Origin: an uncultured Actinomycetes bacterium
Lineage (GTDB): Bacteria; Actinomycetota; Thermoleophilia; UBA2241
Direction: 5' to 3'
NCBI GenBank assembly: GCA_963725665.1
Contig: CAVRZA010000011.1
Coordinates: 606,935 to 670,934 of the forward strand
DNA length: 64,000 bases
Within the stretch, counting starts at the first letter, position 1. Every line of letters starts with the position of its first letter. Of this stretch, positions 1-10,710 are shown one piece after another. Below the pieces are notes generated by a model, which worked only from the letters and a program-made list of their open reading frames with translations, was not told the origin of the DNA and searched no databases. The position numbers and the translations under genes are program-made.

Positions 1-388
1 GCTCCGCCGCCTCGAGAGCGGCGTCGCTTGCGCCACGAAGGACGGCGAGCTCGGCGAGCAGCTCTTCCTTCTCGGCCTCGGTCTGCTCGAGGCGCGCGCG
101 CAGATCCTCGATCTCCGCGTCCTTCTCCTTGAGCGCGAGCCAGAAGGCGTCGCTCCTTCGCTTCGTCTCGCGTCCGTTCGCGGAAGCCGGCTGGTCGCCG
201 TCGGCCATCGGCATCTCCACGGCGGGCGACCGGCTCGAGCGTGACTGGCTGCAGAGGGAGCACAGGAGCACCTCGTCGCCGTCGTCTGCGATCATCCTCT
301 GAGTCCACTCGCCGGCGAGGAGCGTGCGTCCGCACGAGGCACAACGGGTCTCGTCGGCAGGTTCTCTCTTGCGACCGAAGGGCCACAT
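1..388 (-). CDS. Zinc-ribbon plus coiled-coil protein (runs off window start)
   Basis: Not in ORF track. Manual translation from ATG 388: MWPFGRKREPADETRCASCGRTLLAGEW...LLCSLC...LALKEKDAEIEDLRARLEQTEAEKEELLAELA. Two CxxC pairs, then a heptad-rich helix. Confidence 0.7.
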   Translation of the reverse strand, partial: MWPFGRKREPADETRCASCGRTLLAGEWTQRMIADDGDEVLLCSLCSQSRSSRSPAVEMPMADGDQPASANGRETKRRSDAFWLALKEKDAEIEDLRARLEQTEAEKEELLAELAVLRGASDAALEAAE

Positions 389-443
389 GGTGTACCCCCG
401 TGGTGTCGGATGGGATGGCAGCCCGGGGGCTGCAAGGTTGCCG

Positions 444-452
444 ATTATAGCA
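444..452 (-). promoter_or_regulatory. Extended -10 promoter (TGCTATAAT) for the gene starting at 388
   Basis: Perfect TGnTATAAT on the minus strand about 55 nt upstream of the ATG. Confidence 0.6.
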
Positions 453-508
453 CGGAGGATCGTCGCCGAGACGCGCCGCTGAGCCCCTGGCCACCGGCTC
501 GCTCTGCG

Positions 509-1690
509 TCAGGGGACAAGCTCGTAGACGCTGCCTGAGAGCGAGACCAGGTAGAGCTCGCCCGAGGCGTCGCGGCCGAAAGACGAGATCTGCGTCACCT
601 GCCGCGAGACGGGAGCCTCCGCGACGCGGCCGCCGGGCCCCTTCATCATCCAGACTCGCCCGGAGCAGAAATCGGCGAAGAGGTAGTAGCCCGCCAGGGA
701 GGGGATGGCGTTGCCGCGATAGACGTAGCCTCCGGTCACAGCGCAACCCTGGGTGTGCGCGTACTCGAACACCGGGAACTTGAGTCGCGCACGGTCTATC
801 GGCTGCTGCTTGTAGACGTGATCGCCCTCGTAGTAGCTCCAGCCGAAGTTGGCGCCCGGCGGTGTGCCGGCCTTGAGGAAGTCGACCTCCTCCCATCTGT
901 CCTGGCCCACGTCGCCGATCCACAGGTCGCCGTTCGCCGGGTCGAACGAGAAGCGCCAGGGGTTGCGCAGGCCGTAGGCGTACGTGTCGACGCGGGTCGG
1001 GGAGCCCCCGACGTCGAGGCGCAGGATCTTGGCCAGACGCACGCGCAGGTTCTGCCCGTAGTCGTGGGGGTCGCCCTCGCTGCCGCCGTCGCCAAGCCCT
1101 ACGTAGAGCCTGCCGTCGGGTCCGAACTGGAGCTGCCCGCCGTTGTGGTTCGCGTAAGGCTGGTCCACGGTGAGGATCACCTTGCGCGTCGCGGGGTCGA
1201 TACGGTCGGGCTCGCTCTGGCTCGCGGTGTAGCGCGCCACCACGGTGTCACCGGCGACGTCCGTGTAGTCCACGTAGATGCGGCGGTCGGTCGCGTAGGT
1301 GGGGCTGAAGGCGAGCGAGAGGAGACCCTGCTCGGTCGCGGTACTCACCTCGGCAGTGAGGTCGAGGAAAGGCGTTGCGCGCAGGGTCCCGTCCCTGATG
1401 ATGCGGATCGTGCCGCCCCTCTCGACGATGAACAGGCGGTGCGTGTCGCCCGGCGGAGAGGCGACGTAGACCGGCTGCGACAGACCCTGCGCGACCGGCT
1501 TGAGCACGAACTCGGGCGAGGCGGCGGGGGCGGGCGCGGAGGACACGGGCGAAGTGGTTCCCGCCGCCGGCGAGGATGACTGCGCGCTGGAGGGGCTTCG
1601 TGCGGGCTGGCCGCAGGCGGAGACGAGGGCGGCCAGCGCGACCGCGGCCAGCAGACCCAGGCCAAGCCGACTGCGGCGGCGGTTCTTCAT
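509..1690 (-). CDS. PQQ-dependent sugar (glucose/sorbosone) dehydrogenase family lipoprotein
   Basis: Motifs EQGLLSLAF, NHNGGQLQFGPDGRLYVGLGDGG, GLRNPWRFSFD, IGDVGQ. Signal peptide with lipobox LVSAC from ATG 1690. Confidence 0.9.
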   Translation of the reverse strand: MKNRRRSRLGLGLLAAVALAALVSACGQPARSPSSAQSSSPAAGTTSPVSSAPAPAASPEFVLKPVAQGLSQPVYVASPPGDTHRLFIVERGGTIRIIRDGTLRATPFLDLTAEVSTATEQGLLSLAFSPTYATDRRIYVDYTDVAGDTVVARYTASQSEPDRIDPATRKVILTVDQPYANHNGGQLQFGPDGRLYVGLGDGGSEGDPHDYGQNLRVRLAKILRLDVGGSPTRVDTYAYGLRNPWRFSFDPANGDLWIGDVGQDRWEEVDFLKAGTPPGANFGWSYYEGDHVYKQQPIDRARLKFPVFEYAHTQGCAVTGGYVYRGNAIPSLAGYYLFADFCSGRVWMMKGPGGRVAEAPVSRQVTQISSFGRDASGELYLVSLSGSVYELVP

Positions 1691-1739
1691 CGGGCGCCGG
1701 CGAGAGTTCTCAGTGCACGTGCGCCGAGAGTCCGAGCCG

Positions 1740-1985
1740 TCAAAGCTCCGCCGGCGCCTCGTACTCGAGGTCGTCGTCTTCGGCGCTGGCGATGAGTTCC
1801 TTGGCGAGCGCCAGGTCCTCGCGGGGCACAAGCACGTCGATCTCTCCGATCCCGGCCACGCCGGGGTAGACCGACTGCACACCGCCGTCGCGCAGGACGA
1901 CGTCGATGCCGGCCGACTCGAGCATGCCCTTGATGATCGACGCGAGCCCGATGTCGGGTGCTGTGGTGGCTACGCTGAGATCCAT
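1740..1985 (-). CDS. DUF2007 (putative signal-transducing) small protein
   Basis: Pattern A.IIKGMLESAGI...IDVLVPREDLALAKELI. Confidence 0.75.
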   Translation of the reverse strand: MDLSVATTAPDIGLASIIKGMLESAGIDVVLRDGGVQSVYPGVAGIGEIDVLVPREDLALAKELIASAEDDDLEYEAPAEL

Positions 1986-2159
1986 ACTCCACCCCCGTCT
2001 GTCGTTCGTCGCCGCACGCTCTCCGGCGTCGTGCCCTTTCGCCTCCAGTATACCGCCGCTCCCCGTGAGTACCCGCCGAGAGCGGCAGGCACTCCTCGAC
2101 GTTTGCCTCCTGGTCGTCCATACCGCAGCGGTGCCCCTCGGCGGCCAGGCCGGAAGCTT

Positions 2160-3005
2160 TCAGTGCCTCATGCTGCGCAGCAGCTCCATGTTCTGCTCAT
2201 CAGGTCCGTGGCCGTCGAAGCCGGGGACCTCGGTGATGCCGGGAAGGTCGTCGAACGCCGGATGGTTCACGATCGTGGCCATCGACGCGAGCCCGAGCCG
2301 GCCCTCGCCGATGTTCTCGTGCCGGTCCACGTTCGAGGCGAGCGGCGTCTTGGAGTCGTTCAAGTGGAGCATGACGAGGCGCTCGAGGCCGGCGGCCGCG
2401 TCGAGCGCCTCGAGCGCCTCGTCGAGCCCCGCGCGCGTGGCGATGTCGTAGCCGGCCTCGTAGAGGTGCGCCGTGTCGAGACAGAGGCCGAGCTTGGGGT
2501 CGCGGCCTACGCAGTCGATGATGGCTGCCAGGTCCTCGAAGGTGCGCCCCATGGTGCCGCCGGCGCCGGCCGTGTTCTCGAGCAGAACGCGCACGTTCGA
2601 GTCGGCGCACTCCTCGAGTGCCTTGCCGAGGGCGTCAGCCACCCGCGTGAGCCCGTCGTCGAAGCCCGATCCCTGGTGGGAGCCGACGTGGGTGACGATC
2701 GCCTCCGCCCCGAGCTGCTCGGCGGCCACGACCGCGCCCACGAGCGACTCCACCGACTTGCGGTAGAAGTCCTCGTTCGACGTCGCCAGGTTGATCAGGT
2801 AGATGGTGTGGATGACGAGGAAGCGGATGGCGGACGCGCCGCGCTCCTCACGGAAGCGCGCCGCGTCCGCCTCCTTGTAGAGCATCGGCTTCCAGGTGCG
2901 AGGACTGCCGGCGAAGAACTGGATCGCCTCGGCGCCGAGGCGCCGGCCGTTGTCGATAGCGCTCCACACGCCGCCGCTGGCCCGAACGTGCGCTCCCAGG
3001 TACAT
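2160..3005 (-). CDS. nfo: Endonuclease IV (AP endonuclease family 2)
   Basis: LGAHV, VLLENTAG, LCLDTAH, HLNDSK, DRHENIGEG motifs. AAGGAG RBS before ATG 3005. Confidence 0.95.
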   Translation of the reverse strand: MYLGAHVRASGGVWSAIDNGRRLGAEAIQFFAGSPRTWKPMLYKEADAARFREERGASAIRFLVIHTIYLINLATSNEDFYRKSVESLVGAVVAAEQLGAEAIVTHVGSHQGSGFDDGLTRVADALGKALEECADSNVRVLLENTAGAGGTMGRTFEDLAAIIDCVGRDPKLGLCLDTAHLYEAGYDIATRAGLDEALEALDAAAGLERLVMLHLNDSKTPLASNVDRHENIGEGRLGLASMATIVNHPAFDDLPGITEVPGFDGHGPDEQNMELLRSMRH

Positions 3006-3110
3006 GGTCGTCTCCTTGTGCCGTGACACGGCCAGTGTACCTTGGGGAACGACAGCGCTTCACGACTCGCCCCGTCGGCGACGGAGCTCGCAATCGGGGG
3101 ACGTGATCGA

Positions 3111-4982
3111 CTAGTCGGCCGGCGAACTAGCGGACGGCGTGGGGCTGGCCGATGGCTCGCCGTCGGAGCTGAGGCGATAGAGCGTCACGATGCCGGTGCG
3201 CGAGGGCGCTTTGCCCCCGACCAGGATCCGCCCCGCGTCTGCGACACGAAGGAGCAGTCCGGGCGCTGCCGCGCGCTCGCCCAGACGCACCGCGTCCTTC
3301 TGCGCGAGGTCGAACGCCCACAGCGCGCCGTCCGCCCCCTCGTAGAGCAGGTACCCGTCGGCGAACCAGGGTGAGGACAGTCCGCCCCCGAGAAGGTAAC
3401 GGTTTCCGGCGGGATCGCGGGCGATGAGTGATCCGCTCGCACTCTCATCTGCCGCTGTGCTCGTGCTCTGGATCCAGGCCATCCAACCGGCCTCGGCGGC
3501 GAAGGCGGCGACCGTGCCGCGCGGGGCCAGTACGACGCGCACCTTGGAGAGCCGCCTGCCCGTCTGCAGGTCGAGGTTGACGAAGCTGTGCGACGAGCTC
3601 CGCCAGAGCACGACCTCATCGTCGTCGACAGTGAAGACGGGGCGATCCACCGACCTGGCGAGGGTCGTGAGGCGCCCGTTCGAGAGGTCGGCGCTCATCA
3701 GCGCCCAGACCGGGCGTGGCCGTGCTGTGGTGACCGTCGCGGATCCCTCGGAGGCAGTCGGCTCGGAGACGCTCCCCTTCGCGGTCGCGGCCGGCGCCGG
3801 TGTCTCCGACAACGAGGCCGGAGAGGCGGCAGCGCCCCCTTCTGCGGCCCCCTCCGTCGGCGTAGCAGTCACGGTCGGCGTTGGCGACGGGGACGCACTG
3901 GGTGCGGTGGACGGCGTCGTGCTCGTCGTGGCTGACGGCTCTGGCGAGGGCGTGACCGCCGTGGCGGTCGGCGCCGGCGACGGCGAGGCCGGCGGCGGCT
4001 GCGACGAGGCGGCGGAGGGCGCGTCGTAGACGACGCGCTCCCCACTGACCGCGAACGTGAACGGCCCGGCGGCCTTGAGGGCTGCCGTCGGCGCGGCGCG
4101 GCGCTGCGCGACGAGCCGCGCCTGTCCGAGGGCGGGCCCGTCGAGGATGCGGGACGCGTAGAGCCCGTAGGCGGGGCCGTCAGAGGTCGAGCCGCTCTCC
4201 TGCCAGACGACCCAGTTGTCGGAGACGCGCACGCCGTCGATCTTCCACCCCGACCGGGCGTGGGCCGGCCGCGTCACCAGGCGGCTGACCTTGCCGCTCG
4301 CGAAATCGAGGACCGCCAGCGACTTGGTGGCGGCCGGTTTGGCGGTGGCGGGTGTGGCGAGCACGGCAAAGCGGTCGCTGTAGTCGCGCACCGCCAGATG
4401 GCGCGGGATGCGGTACTGCAACAGGGCGACCTCGGGGACGTCGCGGGTGGCGGCGACCGGGGTCGCGGATGGCCCCGTCCGACCCGATCGCGTCGCCAAG
4501 ATCGCACCGACCGTGGCCACGACGGCGATCGAGGCGGCGACGGCGGCGACGCGCAGCCAGGTGCGCGCGCCGCGGCGGCGGGCGGCGCGCGCGAGCAGCG
4601 AGGCGACCACGCCCTCCTGCTCGCGCGCACCGCCCGCCGCCGCGATGTTGGCCACGAGACGGTTGTAGAAGCCCTCACTAAGCTCGGGGACGGGCAGTCG
4701 TGCGAGCTCTTCGCCGAGCGCCGCGTCGCGCGCCTCGACGGGAGTGGCCTCAGGCACAGCGCCCAGCGCGGCGGCGCTCGTTTCGTCGGTCGTCTCAGCC
4801 TCGGCAGAGGCCAACCGCTCGCGTCCCCCGGCGTCGGCCGCGATGTTGGCCACGAGACGGTTGTAGAAGCCCTCACTAAGCTCGGGGACGGGCAGCGCGT
4901 CGAGCGCCTCGGCGAGGCGCAGATCGCGCTGCCCGTCGCGCTCCAGGCGCTCGCGGCCCATCTCGTCGTCTCTCTCGCTCAC
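3111..4982 (-). CDS. Putative anti-sigma factor: duplicated N-terminal motif, one TM helix, extracytoplasmic beta-rich domain with Ser/Thr/Pro linker
   Basis: GTGA overlap with upstream ECF sigma. TM segment VAAVAASIAVVATVGAILA. LPVPELSEGFYNRLVANIAA occurs twice. Confidence 0.7.
   Translation of the reverse strand: MSERDDEMGRERLERDGQRDLRLAEALDALPVPELSEGFYNRLVANIAADAGGRERLASAEAETTDETSAAALGAVPEATPVEARDAALGEELARLPVPELSEGFYNRLVANIAAAGGAREQEGVVASLLARAARRRGARTWLRVAAVAASIAVVATVGAILATRSGRTGPSATPVAATRDVPEVALLQYRIPRHLAVRDYSDRFAVLATPATAKPAATKSLAVLDFASGKVSRLVTRPAHARSGWKIDGVRVSDNWVVWQESGSTSDGPAYGLYASRILDGPALGQARLVAQRRAAPTAALKAAGPFTFAVSGERVVYDAPSAASSQPPPASPSPAPTATAVTPSPEPSATTSTTPSTAPSASPSPTPTVTATPTEGAAEGGAAASPASLSETPAPAATAKGSVSEPTASEGSATVTTARPRPVWALMSADLSNGRLTTLARSVDRPVFTVDDDEVVLWRSSSHSFVNLDLQTGRRLSKVRVVLAPRGTVAAFAAEAGWMAWIQSTSTAADESASGSLIARDPAGNRYLLGGGLSSPWFADGYLLYEGADGALWAFDLAQKDAVRLGERAAAPGLLLRVADAGRILVGGKAPSRTGIVTLYRLSSDGEPSASPTPSASSPAD
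4639..4895. repeat. Perfect 59-bp direct repeat (4639-4697 and 4837-4895)
   Basis: gccgcgatgttggccacgagacggttgtagaagccctcactaagctcggggacgggcag occurs twice, 198 bp (66 codons) apart. Confidence 0.95.
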
Positions 4983-5632
4983 GGCTCGTCGCTCCTGGTC
5001 GTCGTGCGCGTCGAGGTGGTGTAGTCGGCAGCCTGCAAGGTCGCGCGCAGGGTGGCGCGCGCGTGCGAGAGGCGCGAGCCGACGGTGCCGGCCGGGATCC
5101 CCAGGACCTCTCCGGCGGTGTCGTAGTCGAGGCCCTCCTGATCGACGAGGAAGACCACCACACGCTGGTCGGGCGGCAGCGTCGCAAGGGCGGCGGCCAG
5201 ATCGTTGCGCGCGGAGATCACATCGGCCGTGTCGGGCACGTGCTCGTCGGGCTCGGGGAGCTCACCGTCGATCGAGAGGAGCTCGCGGCGCTGCTTGTGA
5301 AGCTGAGTGACGCACGTGGTGAAGACGATGCGACACAACCACGTGCCGAGGGCGGCGTCACCGCGGAAGCTGGGGAGTGCGCGGTAGGCCTTCAGGAAGG
5401 CTTCTTGGAGGGCGTCCTCCATGGCCTCTTGGCTACCGACGACGCGGTAGGCGATCACGCGCAAGCGGTACTCGTAGTGACGGACGATGGCGGCGAAGGC
5501 TTCGGCGTCGCCGCGCTGCGCGGCGGCGACGATGGTGGGACTGATCTCGCCGGATCGCTCGCCCACGCGCACTCTCCGCACGTAGCTCCTGCCGTGACGC
5601 CCGAGCGGCGCCGAGGCGACCGCCTCCATCAT
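4979..5632 (-). CDS. ECF RNA polymerase sigma factor
   Basis: Region 2 DALQEAFLKAYRALPSFRGDAALGTWLCRI. Region 4 LPPDQR...LGIPAGTVGSRLSHAR. Confidence 0.93.
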   Translation of the reverse strand: MMEAVASAPLGRHGRSYVRRVRVGERSGEISPTIVAAAQRGDAEAFAAIVRHYEYRLRVIAYRVVGSQEAMEDALQEAFLKAYRALPSFRGDAALGTWLCRIVFTTCVTQLHKQRRELLSIDGELPEPDEHVPDTADVISARNDLAAALATLPPDQRVVVFLVDQEGLDYDTAGEVLGIPAGTVGSRLSHARATLRATLQAADYTTSTRTTTRSDEP

Positions 5633-5775
5633 CCTCCCTCTTCAGCCTCGGCGCCACCAGCCGCAGGCACCCCACGAACGGGTTCCCGCCGCCTCGATGT
5701 CACGACCCGCGGGAACAACGAGGGTTAGACAACGCGAGGGAGGAGATCCTTCGCCGACCCGGTCACGGAGCGACC

Positions 5776-6093
5776 ATGAGTGACGAGAGCCGAAAGCCGG
5801 ACTTCAAGACCGAGTCCCAGGGCTTCGACGAAGAGAACCGCGGCCTGCACGAGTGCATGCAGTGCGGCGCGAGCATATCGGCCAGCTCCGAGTTCTGCCG
5901 CCTGTGTGGCGCCGAGCTGAGCGGCGGCGGCTGGGAGGCGGGAGCCTCGTCTAGGCGGAGAGCACCCGGGTCCACGAACCTGCCGCCTGGGTCGTCGCCG
6001 CCCAAGCCTCCTCTCGACGAAGACACGGTGCCGTATCGAGTCCTTCCCGTCGGCCTTCGCCTGGTACATGAGCTGGTCCGCCTGGTCGATTAG
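5776..6093 (+). CDS. Small zinc-ribbon protein (true end probably near 5955)
   Basis: CMQCGASISASSEFCRLCGAEL. GGAG RBS. The 3' part overlaps the convergent GGDEF gene. Confidence 0.6.
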   Translation: MSDESRKPDFKTESQGFDEENRGLHECMQCGASISASSEFCRLCGAELSGGGWEAGASSRRRAPGSTNLPPGSSPPKPPLDEDTVPYRVLPVGLRLVHELVRLVD

Positions 6094-6898
6094 CTCGTCG
6101 ACGGAGGCTGGCGGCCGCTCGAAGGTCGCGAGCCCGATGCAGCATGTCATGGGGTAGCTGGTTTGCCCCGCGGCCTTTTGAAAGGCCTCGTGACTCGTCG
6201 CATGACAGGCGCCGCATCGACTCGCCCCCGTCTCCGGCATGAGGATGGCGAACTCGTCGCCACCGAGACGGGCGACTGTGTCGACCGACCTGACCGTCGC
6301 CCGAGCCACGCTCGCCATCGCCTGCAGCACGCGGTCTCCTTCGGCGTGACCGCGAAGGTCGTTGACGAGCTTGAAGTCGTCGATGTCGATGTAGGCGAGC
6401 GATAGATGCGTGACCATAGCGGCGACTGCGCTCGATCTCTCCGGCGACACAGGCTGCGAAAGGCACGCGAGTTCGCCAGACCGGTCAGGTCGTCCGTGAG
6501 GGCCAGCTCCTTCTGCTGCGCTACGAGCATCTGGACTCTCTCGATCAGGTACAGGACCACGCAGAAGAGCGCCAGCCGCACCAGGGCGTTCCACGAGGCG
6601 ACGAGTGCGGACTGGTGCCTGAAATGGGCCTCGTAGGCCTCGGCGGGCACGGTCGCGACGGCCGCCACAGCGACGATGAATCCGTACATCGTCGAGCGAG
6701 TCAGCCAGGCGACCATGATGACGGGAAGTAGGTAGATGACCGACAGCGACACCTCGTACCGGTGGCGAAGTCCGCCCAGGCGATGGCGGCTACCATGGCA
6801 AGCCCAAAGAGGAGGATGCCCTTGCGGGGCAGCTCGCCCAAGTGTTGCGCCAGATCGCCCATCCGAAGCCGAGGCGCCGGTTTCGAGAGCGCGTTCAT
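5951..6898 (-). CDS. Membrane-bound diguanylate cyclase (GGDEF), split by about 3 frameshifts
   Basis: Pieces in three frames: TM helices; TDDLTGLANSRAF; IDIDDFKLVND..GH..GD; ARLGGDEFAIL; ADQLMYQAK. End approximate. Confidence 0.85.
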
Positions 6899-6991
6899 GT
6901 GCCCGGGTATCGGCGGGCGACGAGGGCGCTTGAGGGGAAGTGTTCGTTAGAGAGGTGCGGCCTCAGGGACCGCCAGACGGGGCGTATGAAG

Positions 6992-7067
6992 TGGTGCCCC
7001 CAACGGAATTCGAATCCGTGCTGCCGGCTTGAAAGGCCGGTGTCCTAGGCCGCTAGACGATGGGGGC
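6992..7067 (-). tRNA. tRNA-Glu (TTC)
   Basis: GCCCCCA acceptor stem, anticodon arm CCGGC-CTTTCAA-GCCGG, TTCGAAT T-loop, encoded CCA. TATACT -10 box at 7088-7093. Confidence 0.97.
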
Positions 7068-7280
7068 ACGCGCTGACTCAGGCAGGGAGTATACCCGACG
7101 GCAGGGCCGCTGCTCGACGCGGGCGGTGGGCCATGCGCGGCGCCCTTTCGGCTGCGCCAGCTCCGGCGCTGCTTGTCGGCCGCGCCGCGCGCCGATAGCC
7201 TGCCATCGACAAGGTGGTGCATCGTTCTGTGACCCTATGTGTGCGCGGCGACACGCACGCGGCGACGGAGGAGACGGAGC

Positions 7281-8692
7281 ATGACGGAGGGCTCGACAGC
7301 GGAGAGTGCGCGCGGCCGCGGCGGCGAGCGCCGCGGCAGCCAAGACGTCGCGCGGATGCGCGAGCGGGTCGCCGCGGTGCTCCCCGCCGTGCGCCGCGAC
7401 CTGGAGCGTCTGGTACGCATCCCGTCGATCGCCTTCGAGGGCTATCCGCAAGAGCCGGTACGCGGGCGGCCGCGGCGGTGGCGGAGCTGGTCGCCGCGGC
7501 CGGCATACCCGGTGTCGAGCTGCGTGAGGTCGCGCCCGACCCGCCGATGGTCTACGGCGTCAAGGAGGGACCGCCCGGAGCGCCCACGGTGCTCCTCTAC
7601 GCGCACTACGACGTGCAGCCGGCCGGTGATGAACGCGACTGGAAGAGCGATCCGTTCGAGCCGGTCGAGCGCGAGGGGCGTCTGTACGGGCGCGGAGCGG
7701 CCGACGACAAGGGCGGCATAGCCGCCCACCTCGGCGCGCTCCGCGCCTTGGGCGACGAGCTCGGGGTCGGCGTCAAGGTGCTCATCGAGGGAGCGGAGGA
7801 GGCCGGCTCGGCAGGTCTCGACCGGCTTCTGTGCGAGCACCCCGAGCTCGTCGCAGCCGACGCCATCGTCGTCTGCGACCTGGGCAACGAGAGGCTCGGC
7901 GAGCCCACGATGACGACGTCGCTGCGCGGTATAGCCGTGCTCGACGTCGAGGTGGCGACGCTCGCCGAGCCGACCCACAGCGGCTCGGGGGGCGCCGCTC
8001 CCGACGCTCTCATGGCCCTCATCCGTCTGCTCGACACACTCCTCGATGAGGAGGGTGACGTCGCCGTGCAAGGGCTCGCGCGCGTGCCGTATCGTGGCGT
8101 CGAGATCCCGGAAGAGAAGTACCGTGCCGACGTGGGCGTGCTCCCGGGAGTCGATCTCATCGGGAGCGGGAGTGTCGGCGACCGGGTCGCCGGCGGTCCG
8201 GCGATCAGCGTGATCGGCATGGAGACGCCCGACATCCGCAGCGCGCGCAACATCATCATTCCCGTCGCCCGTGCTCGCGTGAGCGTACGTCTCGCGCCGA
8301 CGCAGGACCCCGCCGAGGCGCGAGCGCTCGTCGCGCGCCACCTCGAGGAGCACGTCCCCTGGCACGTCGGGCTCACAGTCACGGAGGGTGAGATCGGCCG
8401 AGGCTACCTGGCCGCCAGCGGCGGGCGCGTCCACGACCTGGCGCTGCGGTCGCTACAAGACGCCTACGACCGTCCGGTGAGCGAGGTCGGCGAGGGGGGA
8501 TCGATCCCGCTCGTGGCGGGGTTCAACGAGGCTGCTCCCCAGGCCGAGATCGTGCTCATCGGTGTTGCCGACCCCGCCTCGCGGGCCCACGCCGCGAACG
8601 AAAGCCTTGATCTCGGCGAGCTCGAGCGCACGACCGTTGCCGAGGCCTTGATCCTGCAGCGGCTCGCCGAAGCGAGCGACATCGACACGTGA
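7281..8692 (+). CDS. M20/M25/M40 family metallo-dipeptidase (one frameshift near 7460)
   Basis: DLERLVRIPSI in one frame, then YAHYDVQP, YGRGAADDKG, EGAEEAGS, GGSIP, AHAANES. Confidence 0.9.
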
Positions 8693-8778
8693 CTCGAGCG
8701 ACCCGCACACAGGGGCACAACGACGGCGACATCTGAGCGCCGACACCCCACCGACGAGCGACCCCGGGAGGTCCCGCA

Positions 8779-9885
8779 GTGAAGTACGTCCGCATGGCGA
8801 TGGAGGAGGAATCGCCGGAGCAGTTCGGCTATGAGCGCATCAAGTACAACCTGTCGGAGAGCTCCGTGCGCGACCGGTCGTTGGGGGAGCTCGGCATCGA
8901 CCTCGATGATCTGGTGCTCTTCTACGGCGACCACGAGGGGCACCCGGGCCTGCGCGAGATCGTCGCGGCCGCGAGTGGCGTCGACGAGCACGAGGTGCTC
9001 GTCACCGCCGGCGCGGCCGCCGCTCTCTTCATCATCGCCACGACGCTGCTCGGCAAGGGCGACCACCTCGTCGTGTTGCGTCCGAACTACGCCACCAACA
9101 TCGAGACGCCGCGCGCCATCGAGGCGGACATCACATGCATCGACCTCAGCTTCGACGACGGCTTCACGATCGACGTCGACCGCATCGTCGCCGAGATCAC
9201 GCCGCGCACGAAATACGTGAGTGTCACCGTGCCGCACAACCCCACCGGCCAGATGGTCACGGAGACCGACCTGCGTCGTCTGGTGGCCGCTGTGGAGAGC
9301 GCCGGCTGCCGTCTTCTCGTCGACGAGACCTACAGGGAGATGACCTTCGGCGAGCCGCTGCCCGCGGCGGCGTCGCTGAGCACGCGGGCCGTCAGCGTCT
9401 CCTCGCTCTCGAAGACGTACGGCATCCCCGGCATCCGCATCGGTTGGCTCCTCTGCAAGGATCCCGACCTCATGCGCACGTTCCTCGCGGCGAAAGAGCA
9501 GATCGGCATCTGTGGCAGCGTCGTCGATGAGGAGATCGCCTATCAGGCTCTGCGCCAACGGGACGTGTGGCTGCCAGAGCTCAATGCGCGCATCGAGAGT
9601 GCGCTGGGCGTCGTGCGCGAATGGATCGCGCACGAGGACCGGATGGAGTGGGTCGAGCCGCGCGGCGGCGTCGTGAGCTTCCCGCGCGTCAGGCCCGATG
9701 CCGGTGTCGATCTCGACGAGTTCTACCGTGTGCTGACCGATGAATACGGGACGTACGTGGGGCCAGGACATTGGTTCGAGCAACCGCGCGCCCATATGCG
9801 CGTGGGGTTCGGCTGGCCGACGCTCGACGAGTTAAGTGGGGGTCTCGCGGGAATCTCCGCGGCGCTGCAGGCCGCAGCTCGGTAG
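8779..9885 (+). CDS. PLP-dependent aminotransferase class I/II
   Basis: PHNPTG, VDETY, SLSKTYGIPGIRIGW motifs. Confidence 0.92.
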   Translation: MKYVRMAMEEESPEQFGYERIKYNLSESSVRDRSLGELGIDLDDLVLFYGDHEGHPGLREIVAAASGVDEHEVLVTAGAAAALFIIATTLLGKGDHLVVLRPNYATNIETPRAIEADITCIDLSFDDGFTIDVDRIVAEITPRTKYVSVTVPHNPTGQMVTETDLRRLVAAVESAGCRLLVDETYREMTFGEPLPAAASLSTRAVSVSSLSKTYGIPGIRIGWLLCKDPDLMRTFLAAKEQIGICGSVVDEEIAYQALRQRDVWLPELNARIESALGVVREWIAHEDRMEWVEPRGGVVSFPRVRPDAGVDLDEFYRVLTDEYGTYVGPGHWFEQPRAHMRVGFGWPTLDELSGGLAGISAALQAAAR

Positions 9886-10710
9886 CCGCCCGGCCGACCG
9901 GCGGTGAGTCATGGGTGATCGGGAGGTGCGTCGCGCCGGCGGCGCGCATCGGTGGCGCTGAGTGCGTGACCGATCAGATGTGGTCTACCGTCGCTGTCGT
10001 CGGTAGCTACAGTCTCGGCGCGTAGCCGTTCCCGCCGGCAAGCTTCTTGAGCGCCTCACGATGTCTCGTCAACTCCGAGATGAGTCGCTCGATCTCGAGC
10101 GTGCCCTCAGGATCGTCGGTCAGTCTGCACCTGAGCCGCTCGAGATCGTCAAGCAGGCGGTCGGTCCCGACGATAGGCGCATGGTCGCCTTCCCACACTT
10201 CCACTCCGGCCCCCCTTTGGCCTGATGGCGGCCATTGTAGCTGTGCTTGCGCGTCTTCAGAAGGGCTGCGGCCGTTGTTCCGTAGCCAGGGTGGGAGACT
10301 CCGTAGTCGACGTACTAAATTCCTCGGTGAGAATCCCTGCTCAGGGCGAAGTGCATGGCCTCTTGGCGGCGCGTAGCGTCTCCGCGGGTGGACACGGTGG
10401 CGGCAGATGCCTCCCGTCAAGCGGCGGCTAGCGAGTGCGCCGAGTCCGGGTGTCTGCTGGCCGTGGACGGTGGGCCGCACAAGGAGCCCTGACGACCGCG
10501 GGGCCGAAAGGGACGGCCGCGCTGCTCGCTTACGTCTGCAGGCGCATCAGCGTCGAGTCGTAGTAGATCGTCATGCGCACGACTTGGCCGCCTCGCCCTC
10601 CATGACCGTCGCTCCCGGCAGGGCCAGCTCCACGCCGGTCGAGAAGGCCCGTCCTTGCCCTGAAGTCGGACGGGCCGGCCGGGGGGTGCAAGGCTGCATG
10701 CAGGACCTTA

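Noticed and set aside
241-450. Plus-strand 69-aa ORF or long untranslated leader
   Set aside because: The region is the minus-strand zinc-ribbon coding sequence starting at 388.
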